From an uncultured Chloroflexia bacterium (GTDB taxonomy: Bacteria > Chloroflexota > Limnocylindria > Limnocylindrales > CSP1-4): 64,000 nucleotides of DNA. Position 1 is the first letter of the stretch. Each line of letters starts with the position of its first letter. This document shows positions 9,892-19,824 of this stretch, one piece after another. The position numbers were made by a program, and so were the translations under genes. The stretch covers positions 2,218,772 through 2,282,771 of the forward strand of contig CAVSHH010000003.1 in assembly GCA_963727585.1 (NCBI GenBank), in the 5' to 3' direction. Below the pieces are notes generated by a model. That model was not told the DNA's origin, did no database searches, and saw nothing but the letters and a program-made list of their open reading frames with translations.

Positions 9892-10911
9892 ATGACCATT
9901 GAGCTCATGCCGGCTCCGTCGCCCACGGAGGCTCCGGCTCCTCGCCCGCGCATCTTCTCGGGCATCCAGCCCTCCGGGATCGTGCACCTCGGCAACGACC
10001 TCGGCGCGATCCGGAACTACGTGATGCTCCAGTTCGAGTACGAGGCGATCTACTGCATCGTCGACTACCACGCCCTGACCAGCACGCACGACCCGGTGGC
10101 CATGCGGGCACGTACCCGTGAGATGGCCGCCAGCCTGCTCGCGCTTGGCCTGGACCCGGAGCGCTGCACGCTGTTCGTCCAGAGCCACCGCCCCGAGCAC
10201 ACGGAGCTGATGTGGCTGCTCGCGACCGTGACCCCCGTCAGCTGGCTGGAGCGGACGCCCACCTACAAGGACAAGATCGCCAACCAGCCGGACGACGTGA
10301 ACCACGGGCTGCTGACGTATCCGGTGCTCCAGGCGGCCGACATCGTGCTCTACAAGGCCTCGCTGGTGCCCGTGGGCAAGGACCAGGCGGCGCATCTCGA
10401 GCTCAGTCGCGAGATCGTCCGCTCGTTCAACAACCGGTACGGCGCGACCTTCCCGGAGCCGCAGGCGGTCTTCACCAGCGCGCCCGTCGTGCTGGGCACC
10501 GACGGCGTCAAGAAGATGTCCAAGTCGGTCGGCAACACGATCGAGATCCTGGCCTCGCCGGACGAGATCCGGAAGCAGGTCATGTCGATGGTCACCGACA
10601 CCCAGCGGGTCCTGCGCACCGACCCCGGCCGGCCCGAGGTGTGCAACGTCTGCCAGCTGCACCGCTTCTTCGGGGACGACTACGAGGAGATCTGGGATGG
10701 GGAGCGGACGGCGCGAACCGGGTGTGTCGACACCAAGCGGCTGCTGGCCCAGCGGATCATCGACCGCTACGCAGCCGCTCGCGAGCGCTACGCGGAGCTG
10801 ATGGCCAATCCTGCCGACGTCGACGGGATCCTCGAAGCCGGCGCTGACCGCCTCAAGCCGCTGGCCCGGGCCACGCTGGCCGAGGTCAAGGCGAAGATGG
10901 GGCTGCGCTAG
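9892..10911 (+). CDS. trpS: tryptophan--tRNA ligase
   Basis: Class I aaRS motifs are present: the HIGH-like segment (SGIQPSGIVHLGN) and KMSKS (VKKMSKSVGN). Full-length, 339 aa. Confidence 0.95.
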   Translation: MTIELMPAPSPTEAPAPRPRIFSGIQPSGIVHLGNDLGAIRNYVMLQFEYEAIYCIVDYHALTSTHDPVAMRARTREMAASLLALGLDPERCTLFVQSHRPEHTELMWLLATVTPVSWLERTPTYKDKIANQPDDVNHGLLTYPVLQAADIVLYKASLVPVGKDQAAHLELSREIVRSFNNRYGATFPEPQAVFTSAPVVLGTDGVKKMSKSVGNTIEILASPDEIRKQVMSMVTDTQRVLRTDPGRPEVCNVCQLHRFFGDDYEEIWDGERTARTGCVDTKRLLAQRIIDRYAAARERYAELMANPADVDGILEAGADRLKPLARATLAEVKAKMGLR

Positions 10912-10952
10912 ACGCCTCGCGGCTGGCGGCCTCGCCGTCGTAGGCTTCGCAC

Positions 10953-12272
10953 ATGCCCAACGAGCTGTTGACCGACCGCGAGCGACGGCTGCTCGACGCC
11001 GTCCTGATCCTGGGCGCGATCGCGCTCGGGTTCGTGGTCGTGAACTTCGCGAGCGGGGTGTTCACGGCGTTCGGCGACATCCTGCTGCTGTTCTTCCTCG
11101 CCTGGCTCCTGTCGTTCGCACTCCTGCCGCTGATCACCGCCGTGAGCAGGGTGCCCAAGGTGCCCCAGGCCGGGGCGGTGATCCTGGTCTACCTGGCGAT
11201 CGTGGGCGTCGTGCTGGGCGTCATCGTCCAGGTCTCGGCGTCGCTGGTGACATCCATCAGCCAGTTCCTCAGGGACGCGCCAACCTTCGAGGCCCAGCTG
11301 ACCTCGATGCTCGCGGACCTCCAGGACCGGCTGGCCGCCCTCGGTCTGTCGGTCGACCTGGCGGCGCAGGCGCCCCAGATCGTGGCCAACGTGCAGAGCT
11401 TCGCCGGCAGCCTCATCCAGCCGCTCCAGTCGGTGGCGGTCGCCTCGATCGGCGTGTTCGGCAACATCCTGATCCTGGTCATCCTGTCGATCTACATCGC
11501 GCTCGACCGCGACGAGATCGCAGCCTTCCTGTACCGCCTCGTGCCGCCCGCGTACGTGCCGCAGGCCCGGGTGCTGCAGTCGAGCGTTGGCCGCTCGTTC
11601 GGAGGCTTCCTCCGCGGCCAGGTCCTGATCGGTGTCGTGTTCGCCCTGTTCACGGCGGCGGTCAACCTGGTGTTCGGGCTCCAGTACGCGTCTCTCACCA
11701 CGGTCGCCGCCGGCCTGCTGCAGATGATCCCGTTCTTCGGGCCGTTCATCTCGTGGGCGCCGCCCGTGCTGGTCGCGATGCTGACACCCGGCGGACCGGT
11801 GCTGCCGGTCCTGATCCTGATGGCCATCGCATGGTTCGTGACGATGAACCTCATCCAGCCGCCGCTGATGGCCGGCTCGGTGGGCATCCACCCGATCGTC
11901 GTGCTCGGCTCGGTGGTCATCGGACTGCGGGTCGCGGGGATCGCCGGGGCGATCTTCGGCATCCCGATCGCGGCCGTCATCTCGGCGCTGTTCTTCCACT
12001 GGGTTGCGCGCTCCCGCGAGCACGGCACCGTGGCCGACCGGGCGACGCGGCGGGTCGCCCGGCGCGAGGGCCGCGTCGTGCGCCGGCCGCGGGAGCCGGT
12101 CCCCGGGGTCGACGAGGACGTCGCCGAGGTTGCCGGGGACGCGAGCACGCCGGCCCAGTCCGCCGACGGCATGCCGCCCGATCCGGGACGCACAGCGGCG
12201 CCCGGTCCGACGGCAGGGCTCGCCGAGGATCCGGCCTCGTCCGGCCGCCCACAGCCTGCGGGTGACGCATGA
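10953..12272 (+). CDS. AI-2E family transporter (PF01594/UPF0118 permease)
   Basis: Polytopic membrane protein with the characteristic conserved segment (QMIPFFGPFISWAPPVLVAML ... GIPIAAVISALFFHW) and a disordered C-terminal tail. Confidence 0.85.
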   Translation: MPNELLTDRERRLLDAVLILGAIALGFVVVNFASGVFTAFGDILLLFFLAWLLSFALLPLITAVSRVPKVPQAGAVILVYLAIVGVVLGVIVQVSASLVTSISQFLRDAPTFEAQLTSMLADLQDRLAALGLSVDLAAQAPQIVANVQSFAGSLIQPLQSVAVASIGVFGNILILVILSIYIALDRDEIAAFLYRLVPPAYVPQARVLQSSVGRSFGGFLRGQVLIGVVFALFTAAVNLVFGLQYASLTTVAAGLLQMIPFFGPFISWAPPVLVAMLTPGGPVLPVLILMAIAWFVTMNLIQPPLMAGSVGIHPIVVLGSVVIGLRVAGIAGAIFGIPIAAVISALFFHWVARSREHGTVADRATRRVARREGRVVRRPREPVPGVDEDVAEVAGDASTPAQSADGMPPDPGRTAAPGPTAGLAEDPASSGRPQPAGDA

Positions 12273-13312
12273 CTGGCGCGGACGACCGCCCGGACGCTCC
12301 GCCTCCCGGGGAGACGCAACCGCAGGCGCCGGAGATGACCCGGGAACGCGCCCGGGCCGAGCGCCGGGACCTGGACAAGGAGCGCGGGGAGCCGGTCGCC
12401 GGCTCGCGCGGCAAGCACCGCGCCCTCAAGCGTGTCGGCCGGCCGCTCGGGTCGTGGGGATCGCGGCCGCGGATCCTGGTCACCAACGACGACGGCATCG
12501 AGTCGCGTGGACTACTCGCGCTCAAGCTCGCGCTCGACCCCATCGGCGACGTCACCGTCGTGGCTCCGGATCTCAACCAGTCCGCGGTCGGCCATACCAA
12601 GACGCTCATGCGGCCGCTCCGCGTCCGGGAGCGGACCCTCGCGGACGGCTCGACCGGGTATTCGGTGGACGGCTCCCCCACCGACTGCGTCTCGCTCGCG
12701 TTCCTGGGCTTCTTCGATGAGCGCTTCGACCTCGTGGCCTCAGGCATCAACTACGGCGCCAACCTGGGCGACGACATCACCTACTCGGGGACCGTCTCGG
12801 CCGCGATGGAGAGCGTGATCCTCGGCGCCCCGGCGTTCGCCATCAGCCAGGAGTACGAGGAGCACATCGACTTCACCCTCGCCTCCAAGGCGGCGGCCGT
12901 GGTCGCGCGCAACATCCTGGAGCATGGTCTCAAGCGAGGCGAGCTGGTCTCGGTCAACGTGCCTGCCGTCCCGGTCGAGGCCTGCGGCGGGTTCGAGGTC
13001 ACCCGGGTCGGCCGGCGCGTCTACCAGGATGAGCTGATCCAGCGCTTCGACCCGCGAGGCCTTCCGTACTACTGGATCGGCGGGCCGCCGCCCTCCGGCA
13101 TCAGCGTGCCCGGTACCGACTTCAACGCCGTCGTCAACCGGCTGATCTCCGTCACGCCCATCCACCTCGATCTCACCGGACGTCGACTGCTCCGCCAGCT
13201 GCGAACCTGGGACTGGACGCTGGAGACCGAGGCGGGTGCCGAGCAGGTGCCCGAGTCGAGTCGGGCCGAGGAGGAGCGCCTGGCGGACGAGGCCCGGATG
13301 GACCGCCGCTGA
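12269..13312 (+). CDS. surE: 5'/3'-nucleotidase SurE
   Basis: SurE core motifs are present (RILVTNDDGIESRGLLAL ... SGINYGANLGDDITYSGTVSAAME). The ATG overlaps the preceding stop (ATGA). There is a roughly 65-aa low-complexity N-terminal extension, so the true start may be internal. Confidence 0.8.
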   Translation: MTGADDRPDAPPPGETQPQAPEMTRERARAERRDLDKERGEPVAGSRGKHRALKRVGRPLGSWGSRPRILVTNDDGIESRGLLALKLALDPIGDVTVVAPDLNQSAVGHTKTLMRPLRVRERTLADGSTGYSVDGSPTDCVSLAFLGFFDERFDLVASGINYGANLGDDITYSGTVSAAMESVILGAPAFAISQEYEEHIDFTLASKAAAVVARNILEHGLKRGELVSVNVPAVPVEACGGFEVTRVGRRVYQDELIQRFDPRGLPYYWIGGPPPSGISVPGTDFNAVVNRLISVTPIHLDLTGRRLLRQLRTWDWTLETEAGAEQVPESSRAEEERLADEARMDRR

Positions 13313-13380
13313 CCGGGAGAACGGCTGGCTCCGGGCGCCGACCAGAGCCCGTCGGGCACGACCGGTCTGGCGCCCCGGCG

Positions 13381-14994
13381 CTACCGCTTCCGCTTCTTCA
13401 GGTCGGCGATCACCTCGCCCGCCGCGTTGCGCCCGGGAACGCCGGTCACGCCGCCGCCGGGGTGAGCACCGGACCCGGCGAGGTAGAGCCCCTCCACCGG
13501 CATCCGGTAGCGGGCCCAGCCGAGCAGCGGCCGCCACAGGAAGAACGAGTCGAGCGCGGGCTCGGCGTGGAACGGGTGACCGCCCGACAGCCCGTACTCC
13601 GTCTCGAGGTCGGCAGGGGTGAGCACCTGGCGGGTCCGGATGCGGGCGCCCAGGCCAGGAAGGACCAATTCCAGCGTCCGGATTGCGAGATCCCCGACCT
13701 CGTCGCGGCGCGCCGCCCACTCGCCAGGCGACAGCGACGGCGGCATCCACTGGACGATCGCGCTCATCACGTGCGTGCCGTCCGGCGCGCCGGCGACCAG
13801 CGACGGGTCGACCAGCGACGGGATCGTCGCCTCCATCACCGGGGATGCCGGCAGCAACCCGTACTTGGACGCGTCGAACGCGCGCTCCACGTCGTCGATG
13901 GAGGTGGCCCCGACCAGGATCCGGCCGCGCAGCTTCCGCTGCTCACCGGCGGCGGCCGGTACGTCGGGCAGGCCGTCGAGCACGAGGTTGACCTTGGCGA
14001 CCGTGCCGGGGGTCCGGATGTTGCCGGCGCGCCAGCGCATCGAGGGGCCGATCGTGACCGGGTCGACCAGCGACGTGAGCAGGCGCTTGGGGTCCAGCCC
14101 CGAGACCACGGCCGTGGCCGCGATCTCCTCACCCGACTCGAGCGCCACGCCGGTCACCGCCCCGTCACGGGTGGTCACGGCCGCGACGCGGGCGCCGGTG
14201 CGGATCTCGCCACCGGCGGCGCGCACCGCGGAGGCCAGCGCCTCGGAGACAGCGCCGGGGCCACCCCTGGCGAACACGGTCTCGCCCGAGCCGCCGCCGT
14301 CGTTGCCGGCAGCGTCGGCGAGCAGGGTCGACGTCGAGCCCGCGGACCACGGTCCCATCGCGGTGTAGCGGACCGCCCGCCAGGCGGTGGCCGCGCGAAT
14401 GGGCTCCGCCTCGAACGACTCGGCCACGAAGTCCGCGGCGGCCATCGCGAGCACGCGCAGGATCGTCCGGCCGTCCTCACGACCGAGGCCACGGAACGCA
14501 CGGCCGAGACGCAGGCCGAGGAGGGCATCGCCGAATGCTGGGGCCGCGATGTCGGGTGGCACCTCGTCGCCGAGGTCGGCCAGGAAGTGCGACAGCGAGC
14601 GCACCCGGCGGTCGAACTCCACGAAGGCCGTTGCATCGTCCACGGAGAACGGGCGCAGCGCGTCCACTGTCTTGGCGAGGTTGGCGTGGAGCGTCACGGC
14701 ACGCCCGTCGGGCTGGGGTGCGAACACCCGCACGTCGGGCGCGACGAGCGACAGCCCGTGCACGGCCAGGTCCAGCTCGCGGACCACCGCCGGCTTGAGC
14801 CGGCCGACCGTGTGGGCAAGCGTCGGGACCCGGACGCCGCCCAGCTCCTCGGTCACGGCGGCGCCGCCCACCACGGGCCGCGCCTCGAGGACCAGGACCC
14901 GGAGCCCTGCCTTGGCCACGTAGGCTGCCGCGGTCAGGCCGTTGTGGCCGGCTCCGACCACGATCGCGTCGTACTGGTTCATCGACTGCGCCAT
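13381..14994 (-). CDS. NAD(P)/FAD-dependent oxidoreductase (phytoene-desaturase-like, COG1233)
   Basis: Rossmann dinucleotide motif at the N-terminus (YDAIVVGAGHNGLTAAAYVAKAGLRVLVLE) and a C-terminal LYLAGSGAHPGGGVTG. ATG at 14994. The listed 974-aa ORF is a composite; its upstream part is antisense to the paralogue. Confidence 0.8.
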   Translation of the reverse strand: MAQSMNQYDAIVVGAGHNGLTAAAYVAKAGLRVLVLEARPVVGGAAVTEELGGVRVPTLAHTVGRLKPAVVRELDLAVHGLSLVAPDVRVFAPQPDGRAVTLHANLAKTVDALRPFSVDDATAFVEFDRRVRSLSHFLADLGDEVPPDIAAPAFGDALLGLRLGRAFRGLGREDGRTILRVLAMAAADFVAESFEAEPIRAATAWRAVRYTAMGPWSAGSTSTLLADAAGNDGGGSGETVFARGGPGAVSEALASAVRAAGGEIRTGARVAAVTTRDGAVTGVALESGEEIAATAVVSGLDPKRLLTSLVDPVTIGPSMRWRAGNIRTPGTVAKVNLVLDGLPDVPAAAGEQRKLRGRILVGATSIDDVERAFDASKYGLLPASPVMEATIPSLVDPSLVAGAPDGTHVMSAIVQWMPPSLSPGEWAARRDEVGDLAIRTLELVLPGLGARIRTRQVLTPADLETEYGLSGGHPFHAEPALDSFFLWRPLLGWARYRMPVEGLYLAGSGAHPGGGVTGVPGRNAAGEVIADLKKRKR

Positions 14995-14996
14995 GG

Positions 14997-16619
14997 TCAG
15001 GCCACCTTCCGGCCGCGCGACTTGAGAAGCTCGAGCGCGGCGAGACGCCCGTTGGCGCCCATCAGGCCGCCGCCCGGATGGGTGGACGAGCCCGACAGCC
15101 ACAGGTTCTCGATCGGCGTCCGGAACCGGGCATAGCCCGGGACCGGCCGGTTGAAGAACAGCTGCTCGAGGCTGAGCTCGCCCTGGAAGATGTTGCCCTC
15201 GGTGAGGCCCATCGTCCGCTCGATGTCGAGCGGAGTGAGGACCTGGCGGCCGATGATGATGTCCCGGATGTTGGGCGCGAACTCGGCGATCCGGTTGATG
15301 ACCGCGTCGCCGAACGCCTCCCGGTTGTCGTCCCAGCTCCCCAGCCCGGGCGCCAGCTTGTAGGGCGCGTACTGGACGAAGCAGCTGATCACGTGCTTGC
15401 CCGGCGGCGCCATCTGGGGGTCGACCAGGGTTGGGATGATCATGTCGATGTACGGGCGGTTGCTCCAGTGCCCGTACTTGGCGTCGTCGTACGCCTGCTC
15501 CATCTCCCGGGTGGTGGGGCTGAAGCTGATGGCACCGCGGAGATGCTCGCCGACGCCCGGCAGGGCCGTGAACTCCGGCAGCCGGTCGACCGCGAGGTTG
15601 ACCTTGCCCGAGCTGCCGCGGAACTTGAACCGGCGGATCTCCTGCTCGAAGTCGCCCGGCAGGCTGCCCGCCTCCAGCAGATCGAGGAAGGTGACCTTCG
15701 CGTCGGCCGAGGACAGGACGGCGGTGGCCTCGATCTCCTCGCCGCTCTCGAGCACCACGCCGGTCGCGCGGTCGCCCTTGAGGCTGATGCTGGCGACGGG
15801 CGCCTCGGTGCGGATCTCGGCGCCCAGCGCCTGCGCCGCCCGGGCGATCGCGTAGGACACGCCCCCGGTGCCGCCCTTGGGGATGCCCCAGGCGCGGAAG
15901 GCGCCGTCGATCTCGCCCATGTAGTGGTGGAGCAGGACGTACGCCGTGCCGGGCGAGTTGATGCCCTGGTAGGTGCCGATGATGCCCGAGGCGGACATGG
16001 TCGCCTTGAGCGGGTCCGTCTCGAACCACTGGTCGAGGAAGTCCTTGGCCGACATCGTCATCAGCTGGACGAACACGGCCTGCTGGCGCTCGGGCAGCTG
16101 GGCGAACCGGCGGGCGAGGCTCGCGAGCGGCATCAGCGGGCGCGGGTCGTTGTCGGTCGGGTCCGGCGGGACAATGCCCAGGATCGGCTTGATGAACCGG
16201 GCCATCTCCACCATCAGCTGGCCGTACTCCTCGTACGCCTCGGCGTCCGCGGTGGACCAGCGGCGAAGCTCGCGTACCGTGCGCCCGTGGTCGTTCACCC
16301 GCCACAGGTAGTCGCCGCCACCCTTCGCCGGTCCCTCGCCCGGGCGAAGCGGGGTGAACGTGCCGTCGAGCGGCAGGATGTCGAGGCCGAACTTCGGCAG
16401 CTCCAGGTCGCGGATGATCTCGGGCCGCAGCAGGCTCACGACGTAGCTCGCGACCGAGAACCGGAACCCGGACACGATCTCCTCGGTCACCGCGGCACCG
16501 CCAAGGACGTGGCGGCGCTCGAGGACCACGACCTTCATCCCGGCCCTCGCCAGGTACGCGGCGGAGATGAGCCCGTTGTGCCCTCCGCCGATGATCACCG
16601 CGTCGTAGCGTTGCGGCAC
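14997..16619 (-). CDS. NAD(P)/FAD-dependent oxidoreductase (phytoene-desaturase-like, COG1233), tandem paralogue
   Basis: YDAVIIGGGHNGLISAAYLARAGMKVVVLE ... LWLSGSSTHPGGGLMG. The stop is 2 nt upstream of the ATG of the downstream paralogue. Confidence 0.8.
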   Translation of the reverse strand: MPQRYDAVIIGGGHNGLISAAYLARAGMKVVVLERRHVLGGAAVTEEIVSGFRFSVASYVVSLLRPEIIRDLELPKFGLDILPLDGTFTPLRPGEGPAKGGGDYLWRVNDHGRTVRELRRWSTADAEAYEEYGQLMVEMARFIKPILGIVPPDPTDNDPRPLMPLASLARRFAQLPERQQAVFVQLMTMSAKDFLDQWFETDPLKATMSASGIIGTYQGINSPGTAYVLLHHYMGEIDGAFRAWGIPKGGTGGVSYAIARAAQALGAEIRTEAPVASISLKGDRATGVVLESGEEIEATAVLSSADAKVTFLDLLEAGSLPGDFEQEIRRFKFRGSSGKVNLAVDRLPEFTALPGVGEHLRGAISFSPTTREMEQAYDDAKYGHWSNRPYIDMIIPTLVDPQMAPPGKHVISCFVQYAPYKLAPGLGSWDDNREAFGDAVINRIAEFAPNIRDIIIGRQVLTPLDIERTMGLTEGNIFQGELSLEQLFFNRPVPGYARFRTPIENLWLSGSSTHPGGGLMGANGRLAALELLKSRGRKVA

Positions 16620-16751
16620 GCCACCCTCCAGTCGGGAACCCAGCGACGCGCTCGGCCGCGGTCGCTATTCAGCCTGCATCGTGAGCATGCAGTCTATCGG
16701 ACCCTCGCCGACGTCGGCTTCGGCATCGCGCCGAACGCCAGGTTGGCCCGG

Positions 16752-19745
16752 TCACCAGCCATCGTCCAGCGTGCGTTCCAGGGCGGCAATCACGTGATCC
16801 GCGCTCTCCCGGGTGAGACACAGGGGCGGCTTGACCTTGAGCACGTTGCCGCCGTCTCCGGTGGGCTGGACGATCACGCCCAGCTCGAGCATCCGCTCGC
16901 AGATGGCGGACGCCTCGTCGCGGGCGGGCTCGAGGGACTCCGCGTCGCGGATGAGCTCGACGCCCAGGTAGAGCCCCATCCCGTGGACCGCCCCGACGAT
17001 CGCGTGGCGGTCCGCCAGCGCCTCGAGCCCGGCCTTGAGGTGTGCGCCGACCCGCCAAGCGTTGCCCTGCAGCCCCTCCTCGTCCATCGCCTGGAGAACG
17101 GCCAGCCCGGCCGCGCAGGCGACCGGCGAGCCGCCCACCGTGGAGAAGAACGAGCCTTCCGCTGCGAACGCGTCGGCGACGGCGCGGGTCGTCACCACGG
17201 CGCCCACGGCCATCCCGTTGCCGGCCGCCTTGGCCACGGTGACGATGTCGGGCACCACGCCCTGCTGCTGGAACGCCCACTCGAACGCGCCAAGCCGCCC
17301 GTAGCCGGTCTGGACCTCGTCGGCGATGGCCAAACCGCCGGCTGCACGCACGTCCCGGTAGACCTGCGCGAGGTAGCCGTCGGGCAGCACCACGCCGCCC
17401 GCGTTGCCGAACAGCGGCTCCGCGATGAACGCGGCGGGCCGATGGCCATCGGCGGCAATGCCGGCGAGCGTCGTCCGGACGCTGTCCGCGTAGCGGGTCC
17501 CCGCATCCGGCCCGCGATGGAGGCCCCGGTAGACGTTGGGCGCCTCGACTGTACGCACCCAGGACGGCCGGGTCCCGATCGCGTTCGGGTTGTCGAGATG
17601 CGAGGTGGAGATCGCGTCGGTGGCGGCGGTCCAGCCGTGGTAGGCGCCACGGACCGCCAGCACCTCGGTGCCCCCGGTGGCGGTCCGCGCGAGTCGCAGC
17701 GCCAGCTCGTTGGCCTCGGAGCCGGTGTTGACCACGAACACCGTGTCGAGCGGGGCCGGGAACCGGGCGACCAGGGCCTCGGCGTACTCGACCATCACCG
17801 CATACAGGAACCGGGAGTTGGTGTTGAGCCGGGCGAGCTGGCCGCGGACGGCGGCCTCCACGGCCGGGTGGCTGTGGCCCAGGACGGCGACGTTGTTGAC
17901 GACGTCGACGTACGACCGACCACCGGTGTCGACGAGGTGGTGGCGCCAGCCGCGCTCGATCCTCGGCGGGGCCGCGAAGTAGTGCTCCTGGACCGGGGCG
18001 AGCACGGCGTCCCGCCGGGCACGGAGGCCACCGGGGTCGTCCGGCGGGGCGGCGACGGGTGCCAGGCCGAGCAGGTGGGAAGGGTCCGGACACAGGCGCC
18101 GCCAGGCCGCGGCGATCGACGATTGGGCGCGGCGCGGCGCGATCAGGCCGGGCTGGTCGATCCGCTGGACGTGGACGCCCGCAGGCCGGCCGTCGGCACG
18201 AGGCCGGTCCACCTGTCCCAGCTGCTCCCCGGCGGCAACCTCGGTCCCGTCGCCGACGCTCGGCCTGATACCGTCGAGCCGGAGCGTCACCGCCCCGCCC
18301 TCCAGGGCGAGCCCGCCGGCGATGTGACGTGCCCGGCCGTCGATCGGCGCCCGGATCCGGGCGCCGGCCTCGACGAAGACGTCCACGCCGAGGTGCACCG
18401 TGGCCGGCTCCTCGGCCGTGTCCAGCTCGGTGTCCGCGAGCCGCGCCTCGCCCCATCGCCCGATCGCCCGCCCCCCGGCGCGTGCCACCGCCGCGGCGAG
18501 CGCCTGCCGGTCGCCCGTGGCCGCACCGTCGAGGTCGTCTGACGTCGTGGACAGGTCGAGGACCGGCAGTCGATCGATCCCGGGCAGCAGCGGCGCATGG
18601 GCCACCTCGACCTGCGATCGATCGATCGAGGCCAGCCCGGCCGTCTCGCGCAGCACCTCGGTGGCCAGCGGGAACGGGATCGCCGCGACGGCCTCGAGCG
18701 CCGTCCACTCCTCCGCGCGGGTCGCGTGCACGTAGGCATTGTCCGGTTCCAGCGTCCCCTGCTGGTCGCCGCTGATCGCGACCGCCGCCGCCCGGGCCAC
18801 GACCATCGGCCACACCGCGGCGAGCTCGGCTTCCTCCAGCGGGAGCAGCGGCAGGAACCCGCGGGCGACCTCCCGCCCGAGCTGGATCGGACGAGCCGGG
18901 TCGTGGGCCACATCGGCGGCGATGGTCACCGCCAGCTCCGCCGCGAGCCACGTTCGTGACAGGTCGCCGAAGTCGATCAGCCCGACGGGCATCGGGCGGC
19001 CCGCGGCGTCGCGCCGGGTGACCGTGTTGAGGTCCGTCACGTCCTGGTGGACCACCCGGACACGCAGCTCCGGGGCAAGCGCGTCGAGGGCGGCCGTCGC
19101 GTCCTCGATGGCTTGCGTGAGCAGGCGGCGGTGGGCCGGTGTGGCGGCGAACGGGAGCAGGGCCCCAACGACGTCGCCGGCATGCCGCACGTCCCACTGG
19201 AGCACGCGGTCGAGCGACGGGTGATCCCAGCCGTCGAGCGCCAGGGCGATCGTGGCGGCCATCGCGCCGTGCGCCCTCAGCACGCCCGGAGCGAGGTACC
19301 GGGCCCGGTCGAGCGGCTCACCGTCGATCCAGGTCACGAGGCGCAGGTCGTGGGCTGCGCCGGCGGCCGTGACAGCCGCGACGATCAGCGAGCTGTCCGT
19401 TGCCGGCTGCGGGACCGGCACCTCGAACGGGAGGCCGGCGGCCGCGGCCCGGATCATCGCCTCGTTCTCCGCCTCCAGCCCGGCGCGCGACAAGCCCCGG
19501 CGGGCGATCTTGAGCACGTACCGGTCACCGGCGGGTGTCGTGACCCGGTAGTTGCGGTCCTGGTGGCTGCCCAGCTCGCGCAGCACCCCGTCGACGCCGA
19601 AGTGGTCGCGCAGCAGACGGGCGGCCTCCGCCGCCTCGACATCGGGGCGGCGATGCTCGTGGCCATCGAAGGGATTGGGTCGCTGCGGCTCGGGTCGCCG
19701 TGGTCCGGACCGCGAGGATCGGTGATGCACGGCCCCATGGTGCAC
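16752..19745 (-). CDS. tri-domain fusion protein: aminoglycoside-phosphotransferase-like kinase / M23 (LytM)-like beta-barrel / class-III PLP aminotransferase-fold (phospho-lyase-like)
   Basis: N-terminus has APH/choline-kinase-like motifs (VHQDVTDLN and IDFGD). The middle has an M23-like segment (VHLGVDVFVEAGARIRAPIDG ... GEQLGQVD). The C-terminus is class III aminotransferase-like (LGHSHPAVEAAV ... DEVQTGYGRLG ... TVAKAAGNG, with the Schiff-base lysine). 997 aa, no internal stop. Confidence 0.8.
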   Translation of the reverse strand: MHHGAVHHRSSRSGPRRPEPQRPNPFDGHEHRRPDVEAAEAARLLRDHFGVDGVLRELGSHQDRNYRVTTPAGDRYVLKIARRGLSRAGLEAENEAMIRAAAAGLPFEVPVPQPATDSSLIVAAVTAAGAAHDLRLVTWIDGEPLDRARYLAPGVLRAHGAMAATIALALDGWDHPSLDRVLQWDVRHAGDVVGALLPFAATPAHRRLLTQAIEDATAALDALAPELRVRVVHQDVTDLNTVTRRDAAGRPMPVGLIDFGDLSRTWLAAELAVTIAADVAHDPARPIQLGREVARGFLPLLPLEEAELAAVWPMVVARAAAVAISGDQQGTLEPDNAYVHATRAEEWTALEAVAAIPFPLATEVLRETAGLASIDRSQVEVAHAPLLPGIDRLPVLDLSTTSDDLDGAATGDRQALAAAVARAGGRAIGRWGEARLADTELDTAEEPATVHLGVDVFVEAGARIRAPIDGRARHIAGGLALEGGAVTLRLDGIRPSVGDGTEVAAGEQLGQVDRPRADGRPAGVHVQRIDQPGLIAPRRAQSSIAAAWRRLCPDPSHLLGLAPVAAPPDDPGGLRARRDAVLAPVQEHYFAAPPRIERGWRHHLVDTGGRSYVDVVNNVAVLGHSHPAVEAAVRGQLARLNTNSRFLYAVMVEYAEALVARFPAPLDTVFVVNTGSEANELALRLARTATGGTEVLAVRGAYHGWTAATDAISTSHLDNPNAIGTRPSWVRTVEAPNVYRGLHRGPDAGTRYADSVRTTLAGIAADGHRPAAFIAEPLFGNAGGVVLPDGYLAQVYRDVRAAGGLAIADEVQTGYGRLGAFEWAFQQQGVVPDIVTVAKAAGNGMAVGAVVTTRAVADAFAAEGSFFSTVGGSPVACAAGLAVLQAMDEEGLQGNAWRVGAHLKAGLEALADRHAIVGAVHGMGLYLGVELIRDAESLEPARDEASAICERMLELGVIVQPTGDGGNVLKVKPPLCLTRESADHVIAALERTLDDGW

Positions 19746-19824
19746 CGCCGGACGGCCGCCGGCCTGGCGGCACCCACACCGGTCTCATGCATACTCACGG
19801 GGTCAGCCCAGCAGGAGGAGCCTC

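Noticed and set aside
13381-16305. 974-aa ORF in the track
   Set aside because: It is a composite. Only the C-terminal 538 aa (13381-14994) form the oxidoreductase; the upstream part is another frame of the tandem paralogue (14997-16619).
15078-18542. Very long antisense ORFs (for example 15078-18542 + at 1154 aa, 16669-19197 - at 842 aa, 601-1785 - at 394 aa, 1050-2318 + at 422 aa, 10908-12023 - at 371 aa)
   Set aside because: They have Arg/Gly/Pro/Asp-dominated low-complexity composition typical of out-of-frame or antisense translation in 70% GC DNA. Each overlaps a gene with clear family signatures on the other strand or frame.
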